Below the pieces are notes generated by a model. It was not told where the DNA came from. It did not search any database and was given only the letters and a program-made list of their open reading frames with translations. The position numbers and the translations under genes are program-made. Below are positions 25,757 through 37,345 of a stretch of 64,000 nucleotides of DNA, in pieces; positions within the stretch are counted from its first letter, which is position 1, and each line of letters begins with the position of its first letter. The DNA comes from Harriotta raleighana (lineage: Eukaryota), in NCBI GenBank assembly GCA_050575255.1, contig JBNZDD010013714.1:4619600-4683599 (forward strand). The letters are read 5' to 3'.

Positions 25757-25828
25757 TGGAACCATTTAACACAGAAGAAGCTATTCTGCCTCTTGTGGTT
25801 TTGCTGGCTCTTTCAAAGACTAATCCAT
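25757..25828 (-). mobile_element. CR1 3' end fragment
   Basis: acacagaagaagctattctgcc...tgctggctctttcaaaga. Confidence 0.55.
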
Positions 25829-26564
25829 TAATTTATGTGATGCTTATTTTGTGTGCACTATTCCTTTGCTTTACAATGTCAAACAATCAAGGCTACTGAT
25901 TTTCTGGCCACTTAGTACAATGTAGTTTAATTAAGTTTTGAACTGTTTGCAAGGAAAAGGGACAATTGGGTTTATAATAGAAGCTAACATTTAATATTCA
26001 GTACTCTAAGCATTTATTTAAGTAAGTATTTCCCAATGGCATCTTATAAATCTTGTATTTTTTGGTAGAGTTCAGACATGCCATTACATGTAATGGATTA
26101 CTCAAAACTTTTAACATGATTTGCTATTCTATATCACAAATAATTATAACCATTGATTCTGATCAGAGCTTAATTGAATCCATATTACTGGAACCTCTCA
26201 TTACTCCTTTACTTATGTGCCCAGTGGGCATATAATCTATACGTCTCCATTTACCTTGTAGTTAAATTTAAGAGATTTTTAGTGTAATTCAGTATCACAT
26301 GACATTAAAGTTGCTATATGAGATTTTCTACACAACAAATGGTGCACAATTTTATTATGTGAGTTTGGCTAAAGATTCATTTGTTTGGTTCTTTGTCCAT
26401 TTAACTGAAGATTCATCTTGAGAAAATAACAGCATTTCCAAATAATTCATGTTTAAGATTACAATATGAATGAATCTGTGCAAGAACGTTCCTAGGTGCT
26501 GTTCATGCAGACTGTGAGCTTTATAGAACCTATTTGGCTAGACTGAAAGATATAGTCAATAGAC

Positions 26565-26802
26565 ACTGAAAACCAGCCAATTGCGCGCAGCAGTGTCCCA
26601 TAAATAGTCATGGATTGAGTGACCAAATTACTATTTGTTTTGGAAGGAATTATTATCCCAGAAAAGTGATCTGCCAATCCTCTAACAACCGGGTTCCTAC
26701 TTACTGCTGGGTAAACAGAGATGTGTGGAGTAAGGAAACTTGCATAATGTTTCATCCTGCCTAGGAATCGAACCCTTTTGCTTGCAAGCGCTCTAACCAC
26801 TA
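26565..26802 (-). mobile_element. Family A SINE (head plus body, interrupted)
   Basis: Head tgtggagtaaggaaacttgc...aatcgaaccc...cttgcaagcgctctaaccact; body cagccaattgcgcgcagcagtgtccca. Confidence 0.75.
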
Positions 26803-26900
26803 AAAATCGTTGCATTTGATCCAAAGCGCCTTTCATTTTGGGAAGACATCTCGAAGCACTCTGCAGGACTTACTGTAAAATGACTGTATTTCATAGGCAG
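26803..26900 (-). mobile_element. SINE tail fragment
   Basis: ttgcatttgatccaaagcgcctttca...gacatctcgaagcact. Confidence 0.7.
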
Positions 26901-28164
26901 AGATTTTAAAGTTCATTTATGGAAAAGTATTGCAATGTTGTTATTGATAGCAACTATAGAAAAACATTTTGCTTGCGGAAAACATCCATCATTTTTCAGG
27001 AAAATTCACCAAGTCCTAACATGAAATATGGAACAGTAGCTGACTTCGACAGTATCATTAGCTTGTAACATAATAAAGGGGTTCCCATGATGTCATATAC
27101 CGCAAGAGTGAAGCCTGAGTGGTTTATAAAGTCATAGAAACTCCAAGATTGAGTTACAGGCCTGTAATCTGTACCAAGCCAGCGATTATATGCAAGCTTC
27201 CGCTTTGCTGTTTGAGTTAATTTCTTCTGCCGCCACTATGTTTTACCACTTGGGTTTGGATCTTCTGCAGCTGCTAATGTGATACAAGTTTTGGAGTGGG
27301 CACCGTCCCATGTTTGGGGGACCAGAGTAGCTTTCAGGATGTTTTACAGGGCTGTTCAATGCCTTGTGTGTTTGCCACATCATCTTGATGTACTGTGAAG
27401 AAAATACTAGTACTTTACCTTTCCAAAGATTGATTAAACTTACAAGTTATAAAACCATCATGTTTGTGTAGGTTTGGGCTTCTCTTTGATACATGTACAG
27501 CATTACTTTGGTAATGTATAGTGTTATGCTTGGTGAGCAGGAATAACGGGCATTTAAAAAAAAACTAGTTTGGAAATGGTACAATTGTTGTGCGAGACTT
27601 GCAAAATTCAAAGCCTAGACTGTTCCCACTATCCAATCATAATGGTACTTCTCTTTCAGCATCGGCCAATAGAGCTATCAATTTAAAGCTTCATTGCACA
27701 GATGACCTTCAGTTGAACCTGTGAAGAATCAATCGGTAATGGCAGTGAAAAGTATCCCAGGCAAAAGGAATATTCCTCATTTTCATGACTGGCATTTTAG
27801 TAGCGTCAATATTTTCACCTCAAAAAGATTCTTCTTTACTGATAGGATTTTGGTGCTTTTTATACAGGCTGCACACCAGAAACTTGAAGCAAAACCCTTT
27901 CTGCAAGGCATCAAAGTAGTCTGTCAGGCTGTAGTTAGTATCCTAGAACAAACAACAAAAGGGGAATCATCCAATAAGGCTGACCCCCTCGTTCATCTGG
28001 GATAATAATGATGGGAAGCACTTGCAAACTGCGAGCATGTGGCAAATTGACTGTAAATGTCTTTTTTAAAAATAAATTGCATTCTTTAGTCAAATACCTT
28101 ACCATGTACATATTGGTATTCTAGGAATTATTTAAAAACTTTAACAAAGTTCATAATATTATAA

Positions 28165-28272
28165 TACTAATAATCCTTGCATTTGATACTTGGTGACTTT
28201 CATGTCTGGAGGACGTTTTATAGTGCCTCATAGGAATTTTCTGTAAAGTACAGTGACGGTGTGGTTTTCACA
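28165..28272 (-). mobile_element. SINE tail fragment
   Basis: taataatccttgcatttgatac...ctgtaaagtacagtgac. Confidence 0.7.
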
Positions 28273-29490
28273 AGAAATTAGTCAAATTCTTTAGTACTCC
28301 ATGGAAATGATTAGACTCTATAGGTATATAGTTCTAAATTGAATTACCAATTGTATCAATTATTTGTAAACTGGAAGAATGACTAAACTTTCAAGACCCA
28401 GAAAACTGAAATTCTGAAAGGAAGCCAGTAGAATTATTTTAATATTTCATTTTTACGACTGCACTCATTTTTTAAGGTGGGATTATCATTTACGTCTCTC
28501 TCAGACTTGTATGGGTTTGCTGTCATAACAGTTTCACAGATCCTTGAATTCAGCATTGCTTAGGCAATTCAAAATTCTGACGTTCTATACACCAGAGTCA
28601 TATTTCAGGGCTGGATGGCACTAAAAGGGCCATAATCTTTCACTGAATGGCTTTTGTGATGCACAAGATGAGGCAAATTATTCAGCTCAAGGTTCAGGCT
28701 GCACTGGGAGTCCTGGGCTGTGGAGTGCGCTGGAACATAGTATACGCCTTTCATGCACTGAAGCAGAATGGGCAGATTAATCCATAATGAAATGGGTAAC
28801 TTTAGGCCTGCATAAATTTTCTAGCAGTCTTAGTATCCCAGGAATCTCTCAGTGAGATTAATGGCCAGCAGCCTTCCACATAATGAAGTAGTTTGCCTTG
28901 GCAATGTGCTCATGAATTTATTATGGTGTCCACCAGTGTGCTATATGGCCTAGACATCTTTATAAATCCTGGATTTAGAGCTGCAGCGATGAGCCATTTC
29001 AGTCCTAATGGGAAGTCTGATTTATCACTGTGGTCCACAATCCAACCCCCTCCCAGACAGTTATAAAAGGAAAATTCAGGTCATATTATTGATGGAAATG
29101 AAATGTGAAGGTAATTAGATAATGCAAAGTGGCAATTGGAAGGGAACACTATTGAAATTTTAAATATGTTGGTAATTTTGCTTTTGAGCAATTATATCAA
29201 GCTGATTTATTTTTACAGTTTATAATCACTTAACAACCTGTGGCTCTTCCTGGAGCAGATAGATGCCATAACCATGAGAACTGGAGCCACGTCCACATTA
29301 CTTTCAATTGACAATAAAAGTTTGCTGTTAATATTGATGTATGGCTTGTGCAGGATTATTTCTAAATTTAAACGTTGTTTTTGTCATGGCATCAGGAAGG
29401 GGGACATTGAATGTGTTGCACTTTAGAAACTTTTATTTAAAGTTTCACAGATCAGTCAGTTAATCAAAGTTTGTACTTAAATATACAGGA

Positions 29491-29785
29491 GTCAGTCTGG
29501 GTCAGTCAATAGCACTTTTGGCTCTGTGTCATAAATTGCCAGGTTCAAAGTGCTCATCTGTACTTTTAACTCACAGTCTAAACTGATACTTCAGTGCATT
29601 GCTTGGGGAGAGCTGCATTGTCAGAGTTGCTGTCTTTTAGATGAGATGTTAAACCGCAGTCCTGTCTGCTTATTCAGGTGAACGTTAAAGGTGCTGTTCG
29701 AAAAGAGACAGGAGTTTCTGCTGGTTTCTTGGCCAACAATCTGCTAGATAAACATTGGCCATTCACTTCATGGCTGTTTGTGGTG
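29491..29785 (+). mobile_element. Deu-domain SINE (family B), head and core
   Basis: gctgcattgtcagagttgctgtcttttagatgagatgttaaaccgcagtcctgtctgc...gttaaag matches the remembered DeuSINE (AmnSINE1/SacSINE1) core. Confidence 0.85.
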
Positions 29786-29805
29786 TGAGTTGTTAAACAT
29801 TGTAA

Positions 29806-29872
29806 GCAACAATCGCAACTTCCATTTATATATTGCCCCTCATGCAGGGCAGCTACCCAGAGCACTTGACAT
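29806..29872 (-). mobile_element. L2-type 3' tail
   Basis: caacttccatttatatattgcccctcatgcagggcagctacccagagcac; similar tails at 49545-49598 (-) and 59365-59440 (+). Confidence 0.65.
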
Positions 29873-30229
29873 ACTGATATAGGAATAATCAATTTAAAGT
29901 ATGTTTAGTGATATAAACTGGGAACCTGGTTTTGCTGTTAATGAAACCTGGGGTGGTAGACAGGGGCAGGGGTGGGGGGGAGGGAGGGGGCGGTGGGGGG
30001 TGATGGAAGAGAGTATGTTGGAGGCATGGAAATCCTTGCATCTGTGCTCAAAATCAGGTATTCTAGTTGCTTCATGGCTTCTGTGGCTGAGATTTTTAAG
30101 AACTGTTTAGGGAGCAGTCGGTGAGGGGTGTGGGGAGGGAGGGCATGATCAGTATTTGATCAGTAAATCTAAAATTGTAATTCAGGGGATAACTTGACTT
30201 TCAAGTTTAAAACATACCCTTGTTTGCCC

Positions 30230-30510
30230 TTTTTTTCTCCAATTCCTCCCCCTCCTCTTGTGCTGAAGGCATTTAATTAATTTATTTTACCACTGGGCTA
30301 CTATTCCAATGTTGCTCATCATTGTCTGTTAGATTCCCTCTAACAGATGTTATTTATAAGTAAGCTTTGATGTTATTTGATGACATTCCTTATCTAACAC
30401 CTGCACACGTGCAGTACTTTTTCCAGTTGGTATATACAGTGTTGGGAATTAAAAGTACATGATCAAAATGTTCCCTTTAACAGGATATTCACTGTCAGAG
30501 CTAGAGATTC
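30230..30510 (-). mobile_element. AmnSINE2-like ancient SINE relic
   Basis: ccaattcctccccctcctc...ctgaaggc and cacacgtgcagtactttttccag resemble the reverse complement of the remembered AmnSINE2 3' half. Confidence 0.5.
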
Positions 30511-30698
30511 ATGAGCAATAAAACTGGCTTTCTTTGTAAAAATATGATACTTAAATCTACTGCATGTTTGGAATTCCTAAATCTTTACTGGAACACATTT
30601 CAGTTCGTCAACGTATTTTCTCTGAAATGCGTACATTCAAAATGGAACATTTCAGACCTCTGGGATTCAAGGTATTGGTGTGTAAATAAATAATAGTA

Positions 30699-30974
30699 AA
30701 TAATAATCCTTGCATTTTTATGTAACACTTTTTACATCTTCTAGACTTCTCAAAGCGCTTCACAGAATGTACTGTAAAGTGAATTGATTATATATTTGTA
30801 GGCAAACCTTGGCAGCCAGTTGGATTGAGTGTCCAAATACTTGTTTTTTTCTTTTCAGAATATCAGCAGCCGTGTTGAGTAAGGAAACTTTCCCCAGATT
30901 TTGTCCAGCCGGGAATCAAACTCAGATTGCTCACTTGCAAGGCGAGTGCTCTAACTACTGAGCTACAGGACTCC
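30699..30974 (-). mobile_element. Near full-length family A SINE
   Basis: Head cttgcaaggcgagtgctctaactactgagctacaggactcc, gagtaaggaaact segment, shared tail. Confidence 0.88.
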
Positions 30975-31174
30975 TCAAAAGAGTGTTGTTTAGGGGAGGG
31001 GCATGGTATCAGCATGTACAATATATGATGTAATTATAATAGATTCTGATTCCTAAAATGTTCTTTAAAATTATAAACCATTTATTCTGCAGTAGAAGGA
31101 TTTATTAATCTATAGACTCCATAAAACAAAACAATCCATGATATTTTTAAAATACCAATTGAGGAACGTTCTAC

Positions 31175-31310
31175 AATAATAATAACGCTTACGATTGATA
31201 TAGTGCCTTATCATACCATTAAGGTATCTCAACGCACTTCACAGGATTTACTTTAAAGTGTGGTCACTGTGTACTTATAGGCAAACATTGATGATCCCAA
31301 ACAGTAACAT
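31175..31310 (-). mobile_element. SINE 3' half
   Basis: ttgatatagtgccttatca...cacttcacaggatttactttaaagtg. Confidence 0.75.
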
Positions 31311-32148
31311 TGCTGTAACTTTCTGTTGTGCATTAGATGACCGACAGCCTTCACAAAATACCTCATGGCATTTGGAAAAACTCTCATCGCAAATCCAACC
31401 TGTACTGGTTTTTCACTTGTCATATTCCATCTTGATTGGGATACAGCATAATTTGGGTAATGCATTTGGATGGATTCAGACTCTCTTACAAATAACAATT
31501 AAACTGCTTATACCCTCACTTTTCAATAAGAACAATTTTGCCTGTTTGGGGTAAATGAAGCATTAGTACACTGACTATGAAGCATCAATACTTCACTGTA
31601 TGGTGAGGGTGGTTGAAGCCACTTTTAATTGGTTTGCATCGACATTTTAAAGCTTTTGTAAAATCATATGTATACATGTTGCTTAGTTTACTGGAAATGC
31701 AGTTCTTCCATATCACGCAAGGTATTTTGTGATTTTAAACTTTCTTCATTTTTGAAGAGTTTTTGTTATACAGTTAACCCTCGTTGATTGCGGGGGTTAC
31801 GTTCCTGGAAAACTTTGCATTCAACGAAATCGCGTTGTAGAAGCTTANATAGTAATGGGAAAAGGGGGGTTAGGGAAATCCAGTCGCAAGCTACCCACCT
31901 CAAGCCTCCAGCACATCCGATGCAAGGTATCTACTGAGGCGAGCTACAGCTGGCTGGCCAGCTCCTCGCTCCGCCTGCCTCTCCCCGCTCTTGTTGCTCT
32001 ACCCAGCCCCACCCAGCACTCTTCCTGCTCTCATCTCTCCTACCACCCGGGAAGTAGGCAAATCAGGGCAGCCCAGGAGGGAGGTAGAGAGAAATCGGGG
32101 AGAGTGGCGGGCGGGGGAGGGGAGGGAACAGAGAACCGGGCGGGGGGT

Positions 32149-32410
32149 ACTCGGGGAGGTGCAGGGGAGAGAGCCGATCGGAGGCGGAGGGAACTCATGG
32201 AGGTGCGAGAGAGAAAGCCGATCGGAAGCAGGAGAGACTCGGGGAGGTGCGGAGGAGAGAGCCAATCGGAGGCGGGGGGGACTCGCGGAGGTGTGGGGGA
32301 GCGAGCCGAGTGGAGCTAGGGGAGGACTCGGGGAAGTGGGGGTTAGAGAGCCGATCGGAGGCAGGGTAGGGGGGGTACTCGGTGAGACTGGGGGCAGCGA
32401 GCCGCTCAGG
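32149..32410 (+). repeat. G-rich 44-bp minisatellite, ~6 units
   Basis: Units begin with actc at 32149, 32193, 32237, 32281, 32326, 32377; approximate consensus actcggggaggtgcggggagagagccgatcggaggcggggg. Confidence 0.9.
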
Positions 32411-32642
32411 GGGCAGAGTGCTGGGGACGGGAGACACAGAAAGGTTACAGAGGCTTTGTTATTGCTTTATTGCTATAATAAAGTGATAACAAAGCAGTAA
32501 AGCAATAAAAAAAAGCAATAAAATAACAGGGTAGATTAGGCTACATTACTGTACGATCCTGTTCTCTCCTGTTTACCATGCAATCCAGTAGGATTCTCTG
32601 AGGCCGGAGCATTATTGTATTTACCCAGAATGCATTGCGCGC

Positions 32643-32787
32643 GGGGCCAGCCAGCCGAGGAATCTTCGGCTTTAGTCGGGATCTGCCGGCTTCGTCAAAA
32701 ATGCGCATGCGAGTGGGACCAGCCAGCTGAGGAATCATCCTATTTAGTCGGGAGCTATCGGCGTCTTCAACCGTGCACATGTGCGCA
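32643..32787 (+). repeat. Two diverged ~72-bp direct repeats
   Basis: ccagccagccgaggaatc...tttagtcggga at 32647 and ccagccagctgaggaatc...tttagtcggga at 32719. Confidence 0.8.
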
Positions 32788-33554
32788 GCCAGTGCGTATA
32801 CACAAATTTTACCTGCCCTGCACAAAAAAAATGCTTTTGTTTTGATGCGCAATTCGCAATCGATAAAGTCGCCTTCGACGAGGGTTAACTCTATACCCCA
32901 TTTTGCAATTGGCTTGAAATATTTTCAAACGAAAACTGACCTTGGCAGAACAGGCATGAATGTGAGAACAAGTCAACAGTAGGTTTGGACAGAAGAAAGT
33001 CTAGTAACCCACCAAGTTCACACCAAGGACTAATAACATTATCACAATGGATAAAGGTTCACAAGAACAGGAAGATTTAGAAATTTTGCATATGCCAGAG
33101 AATGAGTAAGAATGACTGCAGACTACAGGACTGTGGAGTAAGGATGATATAGTAATAGTATTATGTTCTGAAACACTGCCTTCTGGTACAGGATGGAAAT
33201 TAATGTTAACTTTGTGGGTCTTTTCCACTTGTAGATTTCACTGCGAAAGTTAGTTATCTAAAAATCTACTGCAGAGTGAGTTTGTTTTTGATAAAACAAT
33301 GCCTTGAGGTCCTGTTACCTGAATGGAAGAAAGCAACCAAGGAAAATATTGGGCTTTCTCTGGGAGTAGATGTTTTTCCAAGAAAGATGATATCAGAAAG
33401 GAACTTGGCTGCTGCTGCTGCAAATTCAAATGACGACATGTTTTCCTTTATTTAACCGTTTGAACCCTGACAACATTTTTCATTCTGAGAAGTGGTAAAT
33501 CACATTTTATTCCCAAGAGATATTCGAGAAAACAACAATCCCCCCAGATAAGAT

Positions 33555-33706
33555 TGTTTTTTGACTTCATGACTGTGTATGGCACATTGCTGTTCACAAA
33601 TTGGCTAATGAGTTCACCTCCAAAATACACATTTGCGACACTTTACATTGAATTCTGTGAAGCGCTTTGAGAAGGAACTATAACAAATACAAGGACTTTT
33701 ATTATT
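33555..33706 (+). mobile_element. SINE 3' half
   Basis: cttcatgactgtgtatggcacattgctgttcacaaattggct...tgtgaagcgctttgag...caaatacaagga. Confidence 0.8.
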
Positions 33707-33771
33707 TTTACGAAAGTGATAGTTAGAGAAATTATAGGGGTGATTAGTCCATTGCATGTTGTGATCATCGG

Positions 33772-33860
33772 GTGTCAGCCTGGCTCAGTTGGTAACACTC
33801 TTGCCTCTGGTCAGATGGTTGTGGCTTCAAGCGCCGCATTGTGTTTTTTGAGCTCAAGAC
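33772..33860 (+). mobile_element. Family B SINE tRNA head
   Basis: gtgtcagcctggctcagttggtaacactcttgcctctggtcagatggttgtggcttcaag. Confidence 0.8.
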
Positions 33861-34329
33861 ATTGGAAACTGTGGATGCTCTCCATACAAGTGATTGTGGG
33901 TCCTCCCATTTGGTCAATGGATGTTCAGAGAGTGAAATGGATTGTGAGTCGGGTACCCTTCAGATTCAGTGTGAGCACACAATCACTGCCGTTATTACTT
34001 TGCAAATTTTGAGCAGCAGGTAAGATGAAAGGTATAATTTCTATACATTACAAGACATTAATTACTTCCCTTCTGCAGAATGGCATATAAACAGCTCACA
34101 CCACTGTGGTTCCCTGGAATGTGCACGTCATAGCAAAAGAGGACGGGGGTGACTATAACTGCCAAATTGTGATGGATGAATTGTTGGCTGGCCCTGAAAT
34201 TCTCTCTGAAACTGTGGCTTGATCAATTTCAAGGTCTTTATCCACATTCACCTATAAATCCCTCTTAGCCATTAGCACCTCATTATCTCTCTAATCTTCT
34301 TTATCCTACTCCTCTGCTTGCCCCCTCTT

Positions 34330-34615
34330 CTAACTCATACTTTTGTGCCCCTCGCCCTCTCTGAATTTGTGACCAGGCCTAAGATCCACGCCGCTGGCCT
34401 CTGAAACTACTTCCCTCTATACCTCTGTCGTGCCTCCTCTTTATCTGTCTTTATATAAAATTAAAACCTTTTTTTTGATTGTGCTTATGGCAGCCCTTCC
34501 CCTCCCACTTCTCTCTTACTTGGTGTGCGACCTCCAACCTGCTGTAGTGTTCCGAGATGTTACCCTTCATGAAGGACGCTATGTAATTGCATTCTATAAA
34601 TCCAAGTTGCTATTG
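34330..34615 (+). mobile_element. L2-clade LINE 3' end, decayed
   Basis: ctctgaaactacttccct (LWNSLP-like), ttaaaacctttttttt (LKTFLF-like), tail catgaaggacgctatgtaa...aaatccaagttg. Confidence 0.65.
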
Positions 34616-36972
34616 CCCTAACATAGTCTTCAAATCTTCCTCCTCCACACAGGCCCTTGCATCCCCTTTGCCTCATTAACAGCAAGCCCGAGCAGTCATC
34701 ATATACTTACAAGTCTCTGTGCCTCCTCAAAGGCAGAATTGTAGGTGTATTGTTGTTTAATGGTCTTTAACAAGGTCATAATGGTGTTAATGAGGCATTT
34801 AGACTTTTTGGCCAACATGGCTTTTTTTGCCAGAGTGAAAGAGAACTATTGAGAGTAGCGATAAACCTCTTATTAATGGCAACATTAGCGATCTGCAGGA
34901 GAGTTTCTCCCATCATTTTTTTAACAAAATCAATCCATGGCTGACTTCAGCGATGTAGATGGCATCATAATTAATACCTTAATATATTGCAAGTGTCCTA
35001 TTTCCATAATTCCTTCCTGTTTATACTGCATCTTCACAAGTGTGCCTGGCAGTGTACGTTTGCATATAAAAATGTGATAATGAGTAAGCACTGACACTGA
35101 CATTAGCAAGGACAGAACAGTTATCTTAATTCAGTCTAATGCATCAAAGCAGATTAGTATTTAAACTGATAAAAGGCCAACAAAGTTGAATATCGTAGTG
35201 AGAAGATAATAGTCTAACAGATTATTTCACACTAAATATTTACTGAGAAGATTTTTTGTATGAGAAATACTATAAAGTTTCTCTAATAATCAATTCAATT
35301 ATTTTTCTTAAAACATTATAATCTGGTGTTTCACTCGTTCAGGCATGTCTTTCAAATGTGCTGACAACAATTGAGGGGAAATCCCTCCAGTTTGGCAATT
35401 GGCAATTGGTCAATAGAAAATAACAATTTCTCACCTTTGCTGAGTTCAAAAAGACCACTATTGTTCGGGTTAGCTCTTGTGAGAAGCAGTTTTAGGTATG
35501 AGAGAAGAGAGAGAGGAGACACATGAATGGGAGCAACCACAGTCCTCAGAGCATCTGTGAGCATTCGTTGGTTTAGAAGTACAGTACTTAGAGCAAAGCA
35601 ATACAACAATCCCTCAGAATTTGATTAAGTACCTCTAATATTTGCATGATGTGCAAAGACTAGAATAATAAATACTGTGTGTTAGGTAAGTGCGAAAATG
35701 AGATCCTACCATTTGTATCTTCAAAACATAATTAAATTATTTTGTGTAGGGTCTGATTTGTATTCTATCCTACCTGTCAGCACTACCAGGCCTTGATGCT
35801 AATATAAATATTACTGCAATCTTTATTGGCTAAAATGACACGTGATGATAATTAATGAGTGCAATAACAAGTCATCTTTAAATAAACTCTACATTATAGA
35901 AGTAATTTGTTTTATCTTCCATAATTAGATTTTTTACACGTTCAAGTGCATTGGGATTATCTATTCAATTGTGGCAAGCTGAGGTGCACTTTTGTTTTAA
36001 TATTTTACCACAGCATTTAGAAAGGTAAGTATCTCCTCTCTAACCTATCATTATCCTCTGATCTCTGCTGCACGTGTGTTTCATGAGAAATGAATTGTAG
36101 CCTTTTGCATGCCCGTGCGTTTGCTTCAATGTGGGTTTGCCTCATTTGGAGACTCTTTTGCTTATTTTGTATTTTTGGGGTTTAATTATAGGGTTGCGAG
36201 CCATGGCTTTAGCTACATTTTGCTTTACTTTTGTGTGTGTGAATGTAAATTCAAGATATCCTGGTGCTTGGGAGGACCTGCTTTGCCTTCAGGGTTATGT
36301 ATGCGGCAGATGTATTGCCAATGCTCTTATTGTTCAGATATTGATCCCTCCTCTCTATAATGAACTGTAACAACAGCTCTATTACTCCAGGCCTCCTGAT
36401 TGGCCTAGCATAATGTGAAATTAGCTGGCGTGCATCGGGCCTGTCAGTATTGATTTCACTTCTGAGATTACTTGTTACAAAAGAATAGAGCTGTCTGCGC
36501 AGTAATTGAACAAGTTAACTCCTTGTCTCATAAAATGTAAGCCTGTATTGATTGCTTACTGTTATTATGCAGAAGTAAGAAAGTTGTAACAGTGTTTAAT
36601 CACCCTGGTGCTGTGAGACTTGTTTTAAGGCCCTTGTGACAGCTGCTGGAAAGGGCAGGCACTGTGGGCAGAATGGGAAAGCAAACACTATCTCCCAGGC
36701 CTAAGCATATGAGTATTTATTCCAGTCAGTTAACCCTCTTGATTGCAATATTGGGGCTATTTCCCACAATATGGATGGTTTATTTATATACTTTTCCAAA
36801 GTAGTTCATCGGGGGTTAAATAAGATCAAATCCCTTCTGCCACAATGTAATAAATTGTTTCATCTGTGAATTTAGCTGTTCTCCCTAATGCAAACATGGA
36901 TGTTACAGCAGTTCTCCCTTGATAGGGTTACGGGTTAATGAAATGCTCTTTCTGTTGCTTATTTTTTTCTCC

Positions 36973-37345
36973 NNNNNNNNNNNNNNNNNNNNNNNNNNNN
37001 NNNNNNNNNNNNNNNNNNNNNNNNNNNNNNNNNNNNNNNNNNNNNNNNNNNNNNNNNNNNNNNNNNNNNNNNNNNNNNNNNNNNNNNNNNNNNNNNNNNN
37101 NNNNNNNNNNNNNNNNNNNNNNNNNNNNNCCTNNNNNNNNNNNNNNNNNNNNNNNNNNNNNNNNNNNNNNNNNNNNNNNNNNNNNNNNNNNNNNNNNNNN
37201 NNNNNNNNNNNNNNNNNNNNNNNNNNNNNNNNNNNNNNNNNNNNNNNNNNNNNNNNNNNNNNNNNNNNNNNNNNNNNNNNNNNNNNNNNNNNNNNNNNNN
37301 NNNNNNNNNNNNNNNNNNNNNNNNNNNNNNNNNNNNNNNNNNNNN
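36973..37345. other. Assembly gap or masked run (N) with a 3-nt island at 37130-37132
   Basis: N run. Confidence 1.

Larger units (their letters stand above)
31771..32891. mobile_element. Non-autonomous Tc1/mariner (Tigger/pogo-type) DNA transposon
   Basis: TA|cagttaaccctcgttgattgcg ... cgccttcgacgagggttaactc|TA: terminal inverted repeats with TA on both flanks; left end resembles Tigger/MER2-type ends; no transposase ORF. Confidence 0.85.

Noticed and set aside
32149-32410. CRISPR-like array
   Set aside because: Contiguous degenerate tandem units without unique spacers, in eukaryotic DNA with no cas genes.
31855-32500. Gly/Arg/Glu-rich ORFs as protein-coding
   Set aside because: By-product of a stop-poor G-rich minisatellite inside a transposon.
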